Positions 12,001-16,076 of a DNA stretch of 35,454 bases are shown piece by piece (positions within the stretch are counted from its first letter, which is position 1; the number at the start of each line of letters is the position of its first letter). The stretch is from Candidatus Woesearchaeota archaeon. GTDB lineage: Archaea; Nanobdellota; Nanobdellia; Pacearchaeales; GW2011-AR1. The stretch covers positions 1 to 35,454 of the forward strand of contig CAYLGX010000003.1 in NCBI GenBank assembly GCA_964383425.1. The letters run 5' to 3'. Under the pieces are notes generated by a model. That model had not been told where the DNA came from and made no database searches. It saw only the letters and a program-made list of their open reading frames with translations. The position numbers were made by a program, and so were the translations under genes.

Positions 12001-12661
12001 TAGTGTTAAAATTATTTACCACCATAACCAGGTGCATCCAATTTCCCGCGCTAAAATTAGCCAATTTACCCCAACAAGATCCACCTGTAACTCCTGTTGC
12101 TATCATATAAGCCCCACAAGTTGCCGGGCTCCAAGGAGATATTCTAACATCCCATTGGTTCGTATTTGATACCACCATATAAACTCCATTTCCATCTACC
12201 CCAGTAGTAGAAAGACTGTTGGTAAAATACCACCAAGATAAGGTATAGTTACTCCCTAAATTTGGCAAACTCGGAATATTAACATAATCATCGACGCCAT
12301 CAAACTGCAAACTGTTATTAATTTTACTTCCGATATTTCTCCAAGCGCTGTCATTGATATAACCGTTGGCAGTTCCATAATTATTATAGATGGAGTTATC
12401 TTTAATATAAGTTCCCTGAATAGGAGTAGAATTAATGTATATTGTTGGAGCATTTTCTGAAATAGTATTAAAATCCATTGCTAATATTGCGGCAGTATTT
12501 CTAATTCCAAAAGCAGTTGCTTCACTATTACTTACCAAAATATTATCACTTGAAGTATAAATGTAAGTTACTAGTGGAGCTATAATTAAAGCAGCCAATA
12601 AAATTACAATTAATAAAGGCGAAAATACTTTTAATTTATTTTTTTTAATCGAGAGTACCAT
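1..12661 (-). CDS. Giant membrane-anchored surface/adhesin-like protein, 3' end cut by the window edge (4220 codons visible). Signal anchor, 10 LamG (Laminin_G_3 / concanavalin-A-like lectin) domains, Ig-like modules and 3 glycine-rich beta-helix-like blocks.
   Basis: The minus-strand frame whose plus-strand triplets start at positions = 2 mod 3 has no tta/cta/tca triplet from position 2 up to the ATG at 12661-12659; I walked it 60-nt line by line. N-terminus MVLSIKKNKLKVFSPLLIVILLAALIIAPLVTYIYTSS is a Lys-rich n-region plus a hydrophobic anchor. Ten LamG C-terminal signatures of the type (L/I)DE(V/F)xI(Y/F)NRSLSxxE(V/I) lie at 2237-2284, 4403-4450, 5063-5110, 5756-5803, 6509-6556, 9050-9097, 9707-9754, 10391-10438, 11165-11212 and 11819-11866. 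Several that I translated upstream also show a GxW(H/M)H core, e.g. DGKWHHIVGTYNG. Ig-like motif DGIY(N/Q)WF occurs at 905-940, 1829-1864, 3938-3973 and 8588-8623. Gly-rich blocks lie at about 3040-3640, 6930-7390 and 7800-8245. The ORF is absent from the track only because no stop lies inside the window. Confidence 0.9.
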   Translation of the reverse strand, partial: MVLSIKKNKLKVFSPLLIVILLAALIIAPLVTYIYTSSDNILVSNSEATAFGIRNTAAILAMDFNTISENAPTIYINSTPIQGTYIKDNSIYNNYGTANGYINDSAWRNIGSKINNSLQFDGVDDYVNIPSLPNLGSNYTLSWWYFTNSLSTTGVDGNGVYMVVSNTNQWDVRISPWSPATCGAYMIATGVTGGSCWGKLANFSAGNWMHLVMVVNNFNTTYSNVTIFVNGSRLGTNSFGAQLVTNGNIRLGSGITASGGLWKPSMDEVMLFNRSLSQTEITDLYNNQSLGLRNSGLETDSNLVSYYKFDELSGNVANDSKGNNTSTLTNYPSLTTPLYGAAGGPDGSGAYMFDGVNDVISGSVSSITGPFTLSTWVKRNGANADNTAIIDVGTYSTTGFGLWMNAANSTAWRINGIYNNYKTAVNLSSNSWEYITVVYSGANVSMYKNGIMTTTEAYSVNPVSGVTYSLGKRQDSATYFNGSLDHVQIFNRALSASEVMNLYNGTLANKSARHSPGGTYASPVQYNSYPTYWNVTINKIDGNQVGDIADNNGINLSNPNLVSYWALDENFNDAKGANNGVCTTNCPNNASGLSSNAMRYDGLTQGIYAGNVGAVDGLSIWFKPAVAHTTATTNRYFIGSTGSSQGIFFGSSTSVCANELINIWNNGASARTCVLSSSLPSITADWHHMVLSWNGTQYLVYYDNQLMTGYTLAGTQAKLSYTDLGIGYADYAAALGYFNGSLDEVLVYNTSLTLSQVSQLYKSGLSQHANTNVTLQTRTAQDYNNTDPSLIGHWGLNGYYAEDSQGRFPATPSGGIISNSANTCKVGSCLNYDGVDDKLTSSVTLNGVPSATFSIWAKIKYDAGANNYLWIIPSGGAFQNYFNTDGAGMLYFSTFNGTGVTYKTVGYNVTNQTGNWVLITGVVASGQYNQLYLNGQWVANSSTVYNGNFLQSGNMEIGRYSSGFAVNGSLDEFMIFNRSLSASEINLLYANQNNGRKYLEYDPNLVSYYAFDEDEIGIWKDDSGHGLNGTTTTAPVYNSSAIVGPAMSFNDGNFIDLGTPSSLNMSSNMSVSLWFNTNDFSTQRYLLSNYNSGGIYSQYNVLANPANSVQMSWSNNVGGRTYTISGIQAGKWYHVLFVRNFTNGVQGYLNGVSVTTTAGGSAILPPSIYGSTAIGRAGSYSSFRYNGLLDEIRIYNRSLSAAEAADIYNMGLTMFSGVSNWSTETVSTGQSISSQAGFPGKFMQMKTSFYSNTTDVSPYLLGFSTQTIGLSDAVVPNASLGIPLNNSNFTNLDINFSVTATDDISGIANATLTINNQTGFVANYTSTTNTLGTYLQQTISVVVGLVDGIYNWFYTLFDNSNNAFQTETRTIFVGNATGNGFCDTGSFATTCLLNHTYYYQSGIILGGSTAGNLIIGSRGSIANYSANVFGTNHGASIILDWATITIISGGNITGGNITLIADNLTLNAGSKIYAEGLGYLGETGTCRGDTGFHGGGAGGGHGGYGADASGQYFGGCAHDSLLMPTDYGTGGTNDGGAGTLGKSGGGIVHIYSQNILLNSNITTNGISGSGGREAGGAGGSIYITTNNLSGNGLLLSKGGVGNTAPYYGGGGGGGRVAVYYNISDWTGLGSSNVSSGDNYSGSGSLVYNDVDHKQIYIRGGLATNVFNKDTTFFNRLVNSTWNFTGHNLTLDNINTRLMYSNFNLILENHTLIGNFKLGCNINYGYTRNVLGNQIPTSNLYVNITANNFTLPAGSYIDLSGCGYRDGTGPGAGAGTNHGGGTGGGHGGTGGANTGGAVVGAVYGSMMYPTTLGSAGGADLLNCGIVYTGRGGSAIFMNISGTLINNGLIESSGIIGNWGAVAGACRGGGGAGGSVWINAQNISGSGNFTAKGGASTNYTQWSGSGAGGRIAIYPDNSFNGIIDVSAGNSVGGITYLGQSGTSKGPTYSLTGGKDASSAYYFGGAISGDFISTTITQTKMTTMAWINNGSGWQFFVNANGSTYVNGVAGIVPIQPFYYSGNVLYLGKNSSLVYFNGTIDEVRVLPYNLSAVDVLAIYNNQTRIGKYRTALSSFSSGVFYNTTQSYWNTTLVTADSTSRSGIVNQDNSINVSNPNLMVYYSMDTNFNDVKTGAISYCNGYNNNLNCPSDYSGLSSNAILFPANLNIGLNISTNITTNRNWSMSAWIYPLTGTCSASLNRIFGQTGYNADWYIGSSCKLGIADGSNQVAPTDVVPMSQWSYITAVANDTNVTLWRNGNLIMTGPNTIGLSGKSYLGKTFDNNAGSYYMGGLDEFLVYNKSLSTSEINQLYKSGLSGHANTNVTIQTRTANSYNVSDPSLVGFWAMNNFNFADSSGNNGGVPQNGVKINKTGCKLGNCAQFDGVNDYVNLTYAAAANMATNDFTISTWINTVGSATNTIMDKRSNVNNAGYLFGLNNATQIAFVLNNGTFNSAIWANVNSINNSWHYLSVSINRTGNFTIYLDGALASTTVNNIVGSLSSSTPANIGRKSLDGSGWLNFNGSLDEFAIYNRSLSASEISNLYNFGLGMHAPADASLVSTWYFDEDEILGTDLSNGNNQGGCSGATCPIINSSSGVIGNGGYFPASANSFINISDSPSLNITGNITMSAWVLGSATDSGYRYIVSKTLTTGYNGYNLMKSNTNKAMIELDSTSPTFNQLQGTSNIQDGKWHHIVGTYNGTRSLIYVDGVLEGTGTLYSAGIAANNQVLKIGSYNYGANYYPGSIDEVRIYNRSLSAAEVLDLYNLGNMHINWSNGGNFSTTQNVRDGVGINSASSSKFMQFKSNFNSNNTAVAPYVLSYNVSNYPDIYAVNVTSFSPANNSGINNLNGVNFTANLTDDLAGIKNATLNVYNSTNSLINQNSIIVSGVSGTLTSTVGILVYLVDGIYNWFWNIFDFNDNQLITQNNTLTIGNICSSGTLSTTCILNRTYYFRDGEIISGTGNLIINSTGSIYSVTSRISVIINFSTVTIMAGGKITGANISIYTNNLTVLGTINTTGLGYAGGGDNTAGSGLGGGGSGNTVQHAGGGGAGYGGAGGNGGAYPAGGAGGTSYGSLTNPVDFGSGGGGHRSYDCAGQNIGGSGGGIIKLQITDTLNLTGNIYARGNSPALVTIYCNSGAGSGGSILINATRIIGAGSVNAGGATASIGTWNADRAAGGGAGGRIAVYMKQTSSNLTYVISGGSTDVSATAGGVGTVYLSPPLLSSVILSSTNISNNNTYQNLTILPNLNSSYSYGNTTNIYSWYKTNSTAINETIGTTLITNGLVAYYPLNNDTLDYAGANDGTTSGATLNYSGKVGGAYSFNGINDYINLGTGPTVNGYSEMTVSMWIRPRSLGSNMGLYGESTSTVSQARNTLAVYTDGTIRWGGRSSTSDSFQSVNSYKNISLDQWSHIVAIVNVVTKNITIYVNGIASNGSVSFLASTFSGGVSAQNIVLGKHFNDATPSFNGSLDEVMIFNRSLSDYEVQQLYTGSKYGGNILGSNETFIGDSFTSKVQPCDSIACGAQINSLPILIRDLVNPNAILITPANASYINNQTQNYTVNLTDESGIANATLNIYNSTNSLVNSTLVIILGAEGTLTSTVGIVVNLIDGIYNWFYNLFDFANNQFSTTNNTLNIDTTLPVPYFVSPTPRNDTGSNVAITIAVNVTEINPANATFAWNGVTYRYNSANFTNLGNNVWTLSLTNMTALLPGQLYYYNVTVIDLAGNSNTTETRLVKGNTAPVITVDNASTQSGFFNSSEIIINVSFADNEGNMNGSYVNLYYRNNYQNLTITLVNQTFDNSSGSSINLYLNYSSLTEGIYYLNSTATDAVGEVTNTSTKVIVLDRTSPNATLLLENNSYFDYNGVNLTVNLTDNLGIQNATLNIVNGSNVSQIINQTTINFVSGTVQTTVGVVVNLMDGIYQWFYSLFDWAGNANQSGNNSLMVDTYAPTMINVVYTPDTNGSIDPNTLMRFNVTVRDSLSSVNATVLEMFDGNNWQNYTMNLVNGSGTKYDGVWSTNFTTSSNETNYTFKILAIDTANNARESPELNFSSYWDCTWSVTNTLEATAGYSETKKLGNISITNTGDSNYNDGCTLTFKSQHNLESGKVTLNSASKSTAYSLLPGEMKNISVSYVFGLDVRSDAVIISTSETSEFTNTYQINATVTAVTSQAGPYLYQTISSAPAIVYIKPQTISLDAYISNLMGSDIPNYTNTAYNVSSNWVIDSAFTNLT
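3050..6650 (-). repeat. Intragenic higher-order repeat unit B (4 LamG + Ig-like + Gly-rich block) of the giant CDS
   Basis: Domain signatures in this unit sit 4635-4656 nt from their counterparts in unit A. LamG motifs at 6509/5756/5063/4403 pair with 11165/10391/9707/9050, and the DGIYNWF motif at 3938 pairs with 8588. The DNA is diverged, so this is an old duplication. Boundaries are approximate. Confidence 0.55.
7700..11300 (-). repeat. Intragenic higher-order repeat unit A (4 LamG + Ig-like + Gly-rich block) of the giant CDS
   Basis: Same evidence as unit B. The order and spacing of the four LamG signatures, the Ig-like motif and the Gly-rich block are conserved at an offset of about 4.65 kb. 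Confidence 0.55.
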
Positions 12662-12986
12662 AATTATTGTATATTGATTTATCTACTACAGTTATTGGGC
12701 CGAGTGTGGAATTTGTTGTTTCTGCAGCCTCATTAAAATCAAAATAAAGTGAACTGGCCGTAGGTCTAACTCCGTAGGGTGTGCTTTCAGTAGAATTAGA
12801 GAATACTAAATCGCCGGATGTTGAAAATAAAAAGTATGCTGCTGGTGCAATGATCAAAGCGCAAAGAAGAATAATTAATGCTATGATCAAAACAACTTTC
12901 AATACGGGTTTAAAATTTTTAAATTTATTTTCTTTCTTTTGTTTTTTCCCGATTTTTCCCGATTTTACTTTTTTTTGCTTTTTCAT
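12645..12986 (-). CDS. 113-aa membrane-anchored 'leader-only' paralogue of the giant protein N-terminus
   Basis: ATG at 12986. A Lys-rich n-region is followed by TM VVLIIALIILLCALIIAPAAYFLF. The protein aligns to the first ~100 aa of the giant protein: ILL.ALIIAP, L.(V/F)SNS, DFN, NST and the exact octapeptide SIYNNYGT. It stops 2 codons after that octapeptide, where the first LamG domain of the giant protein begins. It overlaps the giant ATG by 17 nt and the upstream gene by ATGA. Confidence 0.6.
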   Translation of the reverse strand: MKKQKKVKSGKIGKKQKKENKFKNFKPVLKVVLIIALIILLCALIIAPAAYFLFSTSGDLVFSNSTESTPYGVRPTASSLYFDFNEAAETTNSTLGPITVVDKSIYNNYGTLD

Positions 12987-13165
12987 TTTTCACCCTCAAA
13001 AATTATTTTTACTCTCTTGCCCAAGTATTCTTTTGGGACGATAACATGACATCCTGTTCCAAAACCTGCAACTTGTCTTTCGAGAATTTCACTTCCAGTT
13101 AGCTGTAGAATTATTTCGCTCTTTCCGAAGCTTTCTTCACCTTTTCCTTCTTTTTTCGAACTCAT
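12983..13165 (-). CDS. Small DUF2080-like protein (60 aa), first gene of the giant-protein operon
   Basis: ATG at 13165. The C-terminal motif FGTGCHVIVPKEYLGKRVKIIF matches my recollection of the archaeal DUF2080 pattern (fG.s..v.vPk.wiGk.v.vi). Its stop overlaps the next ATG (ATGA at 12983-12986). Confidence 0.55.
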   Translation of the reverse strand: MSSKKEGKGEESFGKSEIILQLTGSEILERQVAGFGTGCHVIVPKEYLGKRVKIIFEGEK

Positions 13166-13168
13166 GAT

Positions 13169-13194
13169 TGATATATATTTGATATATATTTAAA
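13169..13194 (-). promoter_or_regulatory. TATA-like box plus perfect tandem 11-mer upstream of the DUF2080/giant-protein operon
   Basis: The plus strand has tgatatatatt twice in tandem (13169-13179 and 13180-13190). On the minus strand this reads TTTAAATATATA (13194-13183), 18-29 nt upstream of the ATG at 13165. That spacing is consistent with an archaeal TATA box driving a leaderless or short-leader mRNA. Confidence 0.35.
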
Positions 13195-13279
13195 CCTTTT
13201 CAATTAGGAAAAATTAATAATTCCTCAGATTTTGATGGCCCATAACAATAATTAAAAAGCAATAAAGACATGTTTAATT

Positions 13280-13597
13280 ATGAAACCTAAACCTCTGGCC
13301 AATTTAGAACAAGATTATGATCTGGAACTAGCTCGGGCAGTAAAAGAAATAAAAAAACAGAAGGCAAAACGAGTTTTACTCCAGGTTCCTGACTTTTTTA
13401 AGCCGTATGCTACTCAAATTGCAGATAAACTTGAAAAAGCTACAAAAGTAGAAGTCTTTATTTATTTTGGTTCTTGCTTTGGAGCCTGCGATATTCCTAC
13501 GGATGAGGCCAAGGCAGTAAATTGCGATATGATTATACAGCTAGGTCATTCTAACTGGGACTTTAAGGATAAAAAAGAGATTCAGGTATTAAAGTAA
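13280..13597 (+). pseudogene. dph2: N-terminal domain-1 fragment of diphthamide synthase Dph2 (truncated or split gene)
   Basis: AKRVLLQVPDFFKPYATQIADKLE..VEVFIYFGSCFGACDIPTDEAKAVNCDMIIQLGHS matches the Dph2 N-terminal domain, including the GACD cysteine motif. The ORF stops after 105 aa, whereas archaeal Dph2 is about 330-350 aa. Only 146 nt of AT-rich spacer follow before the next gene. Confidence 0.7.
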
Positions 13598-13743
13598 TAT
13601 AGTTAATGGTACACAAGATCTAATGCTATGGCCCATTTACTAGATAGGAAAAGATAAAACTTCTAATTTTTTTATATTTTACTATATATATTATTCTACA
13701 TAAAACATTAAAAACAATTTTTTACCTTTAATTTTGAACTAAA

Positions 13744-14505
13744 ATGGGTATTTTTGGATTTGGTAGCAAGGAAACTCTCTATTTTCCGGGTTGTTATAGC
13801 TCTGCTTTTTTACCAAATATCATTGAAAATTATGAAAAAATTCTTAAAAAACTAGATATTGAGTTTACAACTACTTCTGATTTTATATGCTGCGGCGGTC
13901 TACTTGATGAATGCGGTTATGAAAAACAGTTTAGAACAAAAGCTCGCGAAAATATGGAATTTTTTAAGACCAAGGCTACAAAGAAAATAATAACCAGTTG
14001 TGCAATGTGCTTTAAGGTGCTTTCTGCAAATTATAAAGAAATGCTTCCGGACTGGAATATCACTGTAGAACCAATAGCCACCTCAATTTTAAATAAGTTA
14101 AAACAAGACCAAAGTTATATCAAAGCAATATTCTATGAACCTGTCATTTATCTTGACTCTTGTTATTTGGGCAGATATTCTGGAATATACGATCAGCCTC
14201 GCGAAATATTATCACTTTTGGGATATAAATTAATTGAAATGCGTCATACTAAAGAAGAAAGTGCATGTGATGGATCTTGCGGAAACCTAAAATATACTAA
14301 TCCTGAACTTTCTAAAAAAATTGCTAATACTCTAATAAATAAATTAGTCAAACAGGCAAAAAAATATAATGTAAAAAAAGTAGTTGTTTGTGATAGCAGA
14401 ATTTACAAAAATCTAAAAGAAAATATGGAGCAAAGAATGATTGGAGAAATAGAACTCTATGAAATGAGCGAAGTTGTTTGCGATGCCCTTAAAATAAAAC
14501 GATAA
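13744..14505 (+). CDS. CCG-domain (cysteine-rich) Fe-S oxidoreductase subunit, equivalent to the C-terminal half of GlcF/LutA/HdrB
   Basis: ATG at 13744. Cysteine-rich motifs include YFPGCY, FICCGGLLDECG, SCAMCF, YLDSCYLG and CDGSCGN. No ferredoxin CxxCxxCxxxCP motif is present in this ORF. Confidence 0.75.
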   Translation: MGIFGFGSKETLYFPGCYSSAFLPNIIENYEKILKKLDIEFTTTSDFICCGGLLDECGYEKQFRTKARENMEFFKTKATKKIITSCAMCFKVLSANYKEMLPDWNITVEPIATSILNKLKQDQSYIKAIFYEPVIYLDSCYLGRYSGIYDQPREILSLLGYKLIEMRHTKEESACDGSCGNLKYTNPELSKKIANTLINKLVKQAKKYNVKKVVVCDSRIYKNLKENMEQRMIGEIELYEMSEVVCDALKIKR

Positions 14506-14511
14506 AATAAT

Positions 14512-15735
14512 ATGACTAAAATATTAAAAAATAAAATAGTATACGAACAAGAGATAAATGGCTTAAACGGAAAAGCAAATCTAATTGTTTATCCAGAATC
14601 CCTTGAAGAAGTAAAAGCAGTAGTTAATACTTACAAAGATATAATTCCTAGGGGCTATGGGACTAGCTTTACTGGAGCAGTTCATCCTAATAAATCTGTA
14701 ATAGTCGACCTTAGCAAAAGCAATAGAGTTCTAGAGATTAATACTAATAAAAGACTAGTTTATGTTGAGACAGGAATAACTTTGAAAGAATTAAATGAAC
14801 AACTCGAAGAATACAGTTTAGAATTTCCAGTAGAGACAATTTTTTCGGGAGTAGAAACTCTCGGAGGAATACTTGCAAAAAATTCTGCAGGAATACGCGA
14901 GCTAAAATATGGTAAAGCCATGGCGTGGGTAGACTCACTTGAAATTGTTAACTCGAGCGGAGAACTTGTAAAAATAAGAAAATCAGATTTAAGCGAACAT
15001 GTTGGAATGGAAGGCACTACTGGAATTATTCTAAGGGCTACACTGCGACTTACTCCATTAAAATCTAGATCTATTTCAATTCTTAAATCAGATAGCTTAG
15101 AAAATATTTTTGATGCAAATAGAAAACTTAGAATTGAACAAGAAGTTTGTGCTGTGGATTTAATAAATAAACAAATTTCTACCTTGCTGGGCATGGAAAA
15201 TAAGTATCATTTATTTGTAGAATTTGAAGGAGACAAGGGAAATTTTAAAGGGCAAGAATATACGAGGTTTTACAAATTAAAATCTAAAGTCTACAATAAA
15301 ATAGCACAAGAAGGTTATCCGCAAATAGAAAATATAAAAAGTTTTTCAGACGGAGTAGCTGATATTATTTCGTACCTTGAAGAGAAAAAAATACCCTATT
15401 TTTCAAATCTTGCATCTGGATTTTTTTATTGTTTTTTTAAAAATGAAGAAAAGGATAAAAGAAAAAATTTCCTGGACTTTGCTAAAAAACTGCGAACAAA
15501 AATCGCATATAACTTTGGAATAGGCCTAACTCGTAAAGAATTTTTAGATCATAGTGAAAAAGAAATAATAAGTCGTGTAAAAAAAAGAGTAGATCCCAAT
15601 TTTAAATTTAATAATAACAAACTAATTGATACAATTAAACATAAAGACTTAAAAGAAGATGCGGCCGAAGAAGTAGAAGATGAAATAGAAGAACATTTAC
15701 TTGAAGAAGAGGAGGAAGATGAAGATGACAATTGA
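14512..15735 (+). CDS. FAD-binding oxidase, GlcD / D-lactate dehydrogenase-like, with a strongly acidic C-terminal tail
   Basis: The FAD_binding_4-type N-terminal region (IIPRGYGTSFTGAV, GGILAKNSAGIRELKYG, MEGTTGIILRATLRL) sits between two GlcF-like pieces. The tail is EEDAAEEVEDEIEEHLLEEEEEDEDDN. Confidence 0.75.
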   Translation: MTKILKNKIVYEQEINGLNGKANLIVYPESLEEVKAVVNTYKDIIPRGYGTSFTGAVHPNKSVIVDLSKSNRVLEINTNKRLVYVETGITLKELNEQLEEYSLEFPVETIFSGVETLGGILAKNSAGIRELKYGKAMAWVDSLEIVNSSGELVKIRKSDLSEHVGMEGTTGIILRATLRLTPLKSRSISILKSDSLENIFDANRKLRIEQEVCAVDLINKQISTLLGMENKYHLFVEFEGDKGNFKGQEYTRFYKLKSKVYNKIAQEGYPQIENIKSFSDGVADIISYLEEKKIPYFSNLASGFFYCFFKNEEKDKRKNFLDFAKKLRTKIAYNFGIGLTRKEFLDHSEKEIISRVKKRVDPNFKFNNNKLIDTIKHKDLKEDAAEEVEDEIEEHLLEEEEEDEDDN

Positions 15736-16066
15736 ACAACATAACGCTAAAGAAGAAGTAATTGAAATAGCAGAAAAGTGCATTAAATGCGGACTATGTA
15801 AGGAACTATGCCCTGTTTTCAAAACAATACTTGAAGAGCAATATTCTCCTCGCGGCCACATGATTCTTTTACAAAATAAAATTTATGATAAACTGTTATT
15901 TGATTGTTCGCTATGTAAGTTATGCGAAGAAAAATGTCCAATGAATCTTAAGATCTGCAATGCAGTTAGAAAAGCACGCCAAGTTCTTAATCTTAAAAAT
16001 AAAGATCATGTAAAAAATAAAGAAATGGCATCAAAAGTTGCAAATAATAAAAATCCTTATTTGTAA
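15719..16066 (+). CDS. 2x[4Fe-4S] ferredoxin-type subunit, equivalent to the N-terminal half of GlcF
   Basis: Two CxxCxxCxxxCP motifs are present (CIKCGLCKELCP and CSLCKLCEEKCP). The track start at 15701 is a TTG. In-frame ATGs at 15719 and 15725 overlap the upstream stop (15733-15735). Confidence 0.75.
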   Translation: MKMTIEQHNAKEEVIEIAEKCIKCGLCKELCPVFKTILEEQYSPRGHMILLQNKIYDKLLFDCSLCKLCEEKCPMNLKICNAVRKARQVLNLKNKDHVKNKEMASKVANNKNPYL

Positions 16067-16076
16067 AAATTATTTT

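Noticed and set aside
3457-12453. Track ORFs inside the giant gene: 3457-3645, 4183-4491, 4915-5121, 4956-5237, 7270-7494, 7984-8253, 8274-8492, 11566-11787, 11936-12169 and 12256-12453.
   Set aside because: All are in other frames or antisense to the giant CDS. They are short and low-complexity (His/Leu/Pro-rich antisense of Gly-rich blocks), several start at TTG, and none shows a domain signature.
1-12600. The lack of long ORFs in the supplied track suggested non-coding DNA, a decayed pseudogene array or an alternative genetic code with reassigned stops.
   Set aside because: One minus-strand frame is completely free of TAA/TAG/TGA under the standard code and encodes coherent LamG and Ig-like domains. 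The ORF is missing from the track only because its stop lies outside the window.
11160-12661. While hand-translating I saw apparent +1/-1 frameshifts near 11161, 11400 and 12600, and an apparent frameshift in the signal-anchor region.
   Set aside because: They all fell at 60-nt line joins and were my own one-base copying slips. On re-reading the printed lines, the frame is continuous from the ATG at 12661.
1-12661. A diversity-generating retroelement targeting the lectin-fold giant protein.
   Set aside because: The window has no reverse transcriptase gene and no near-identical template/variable repeat pair with adenine-specific differences. Internal repeats are diverged at all base types.
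12781-13044. Plus-strand 87-aa ORF starting at GTG.
   Set aside because: It is antisense to the 113-aa and DUF2080-like genes. Its Phe-rich low-complexity sequence is the mirror of their Lys-rich regions.
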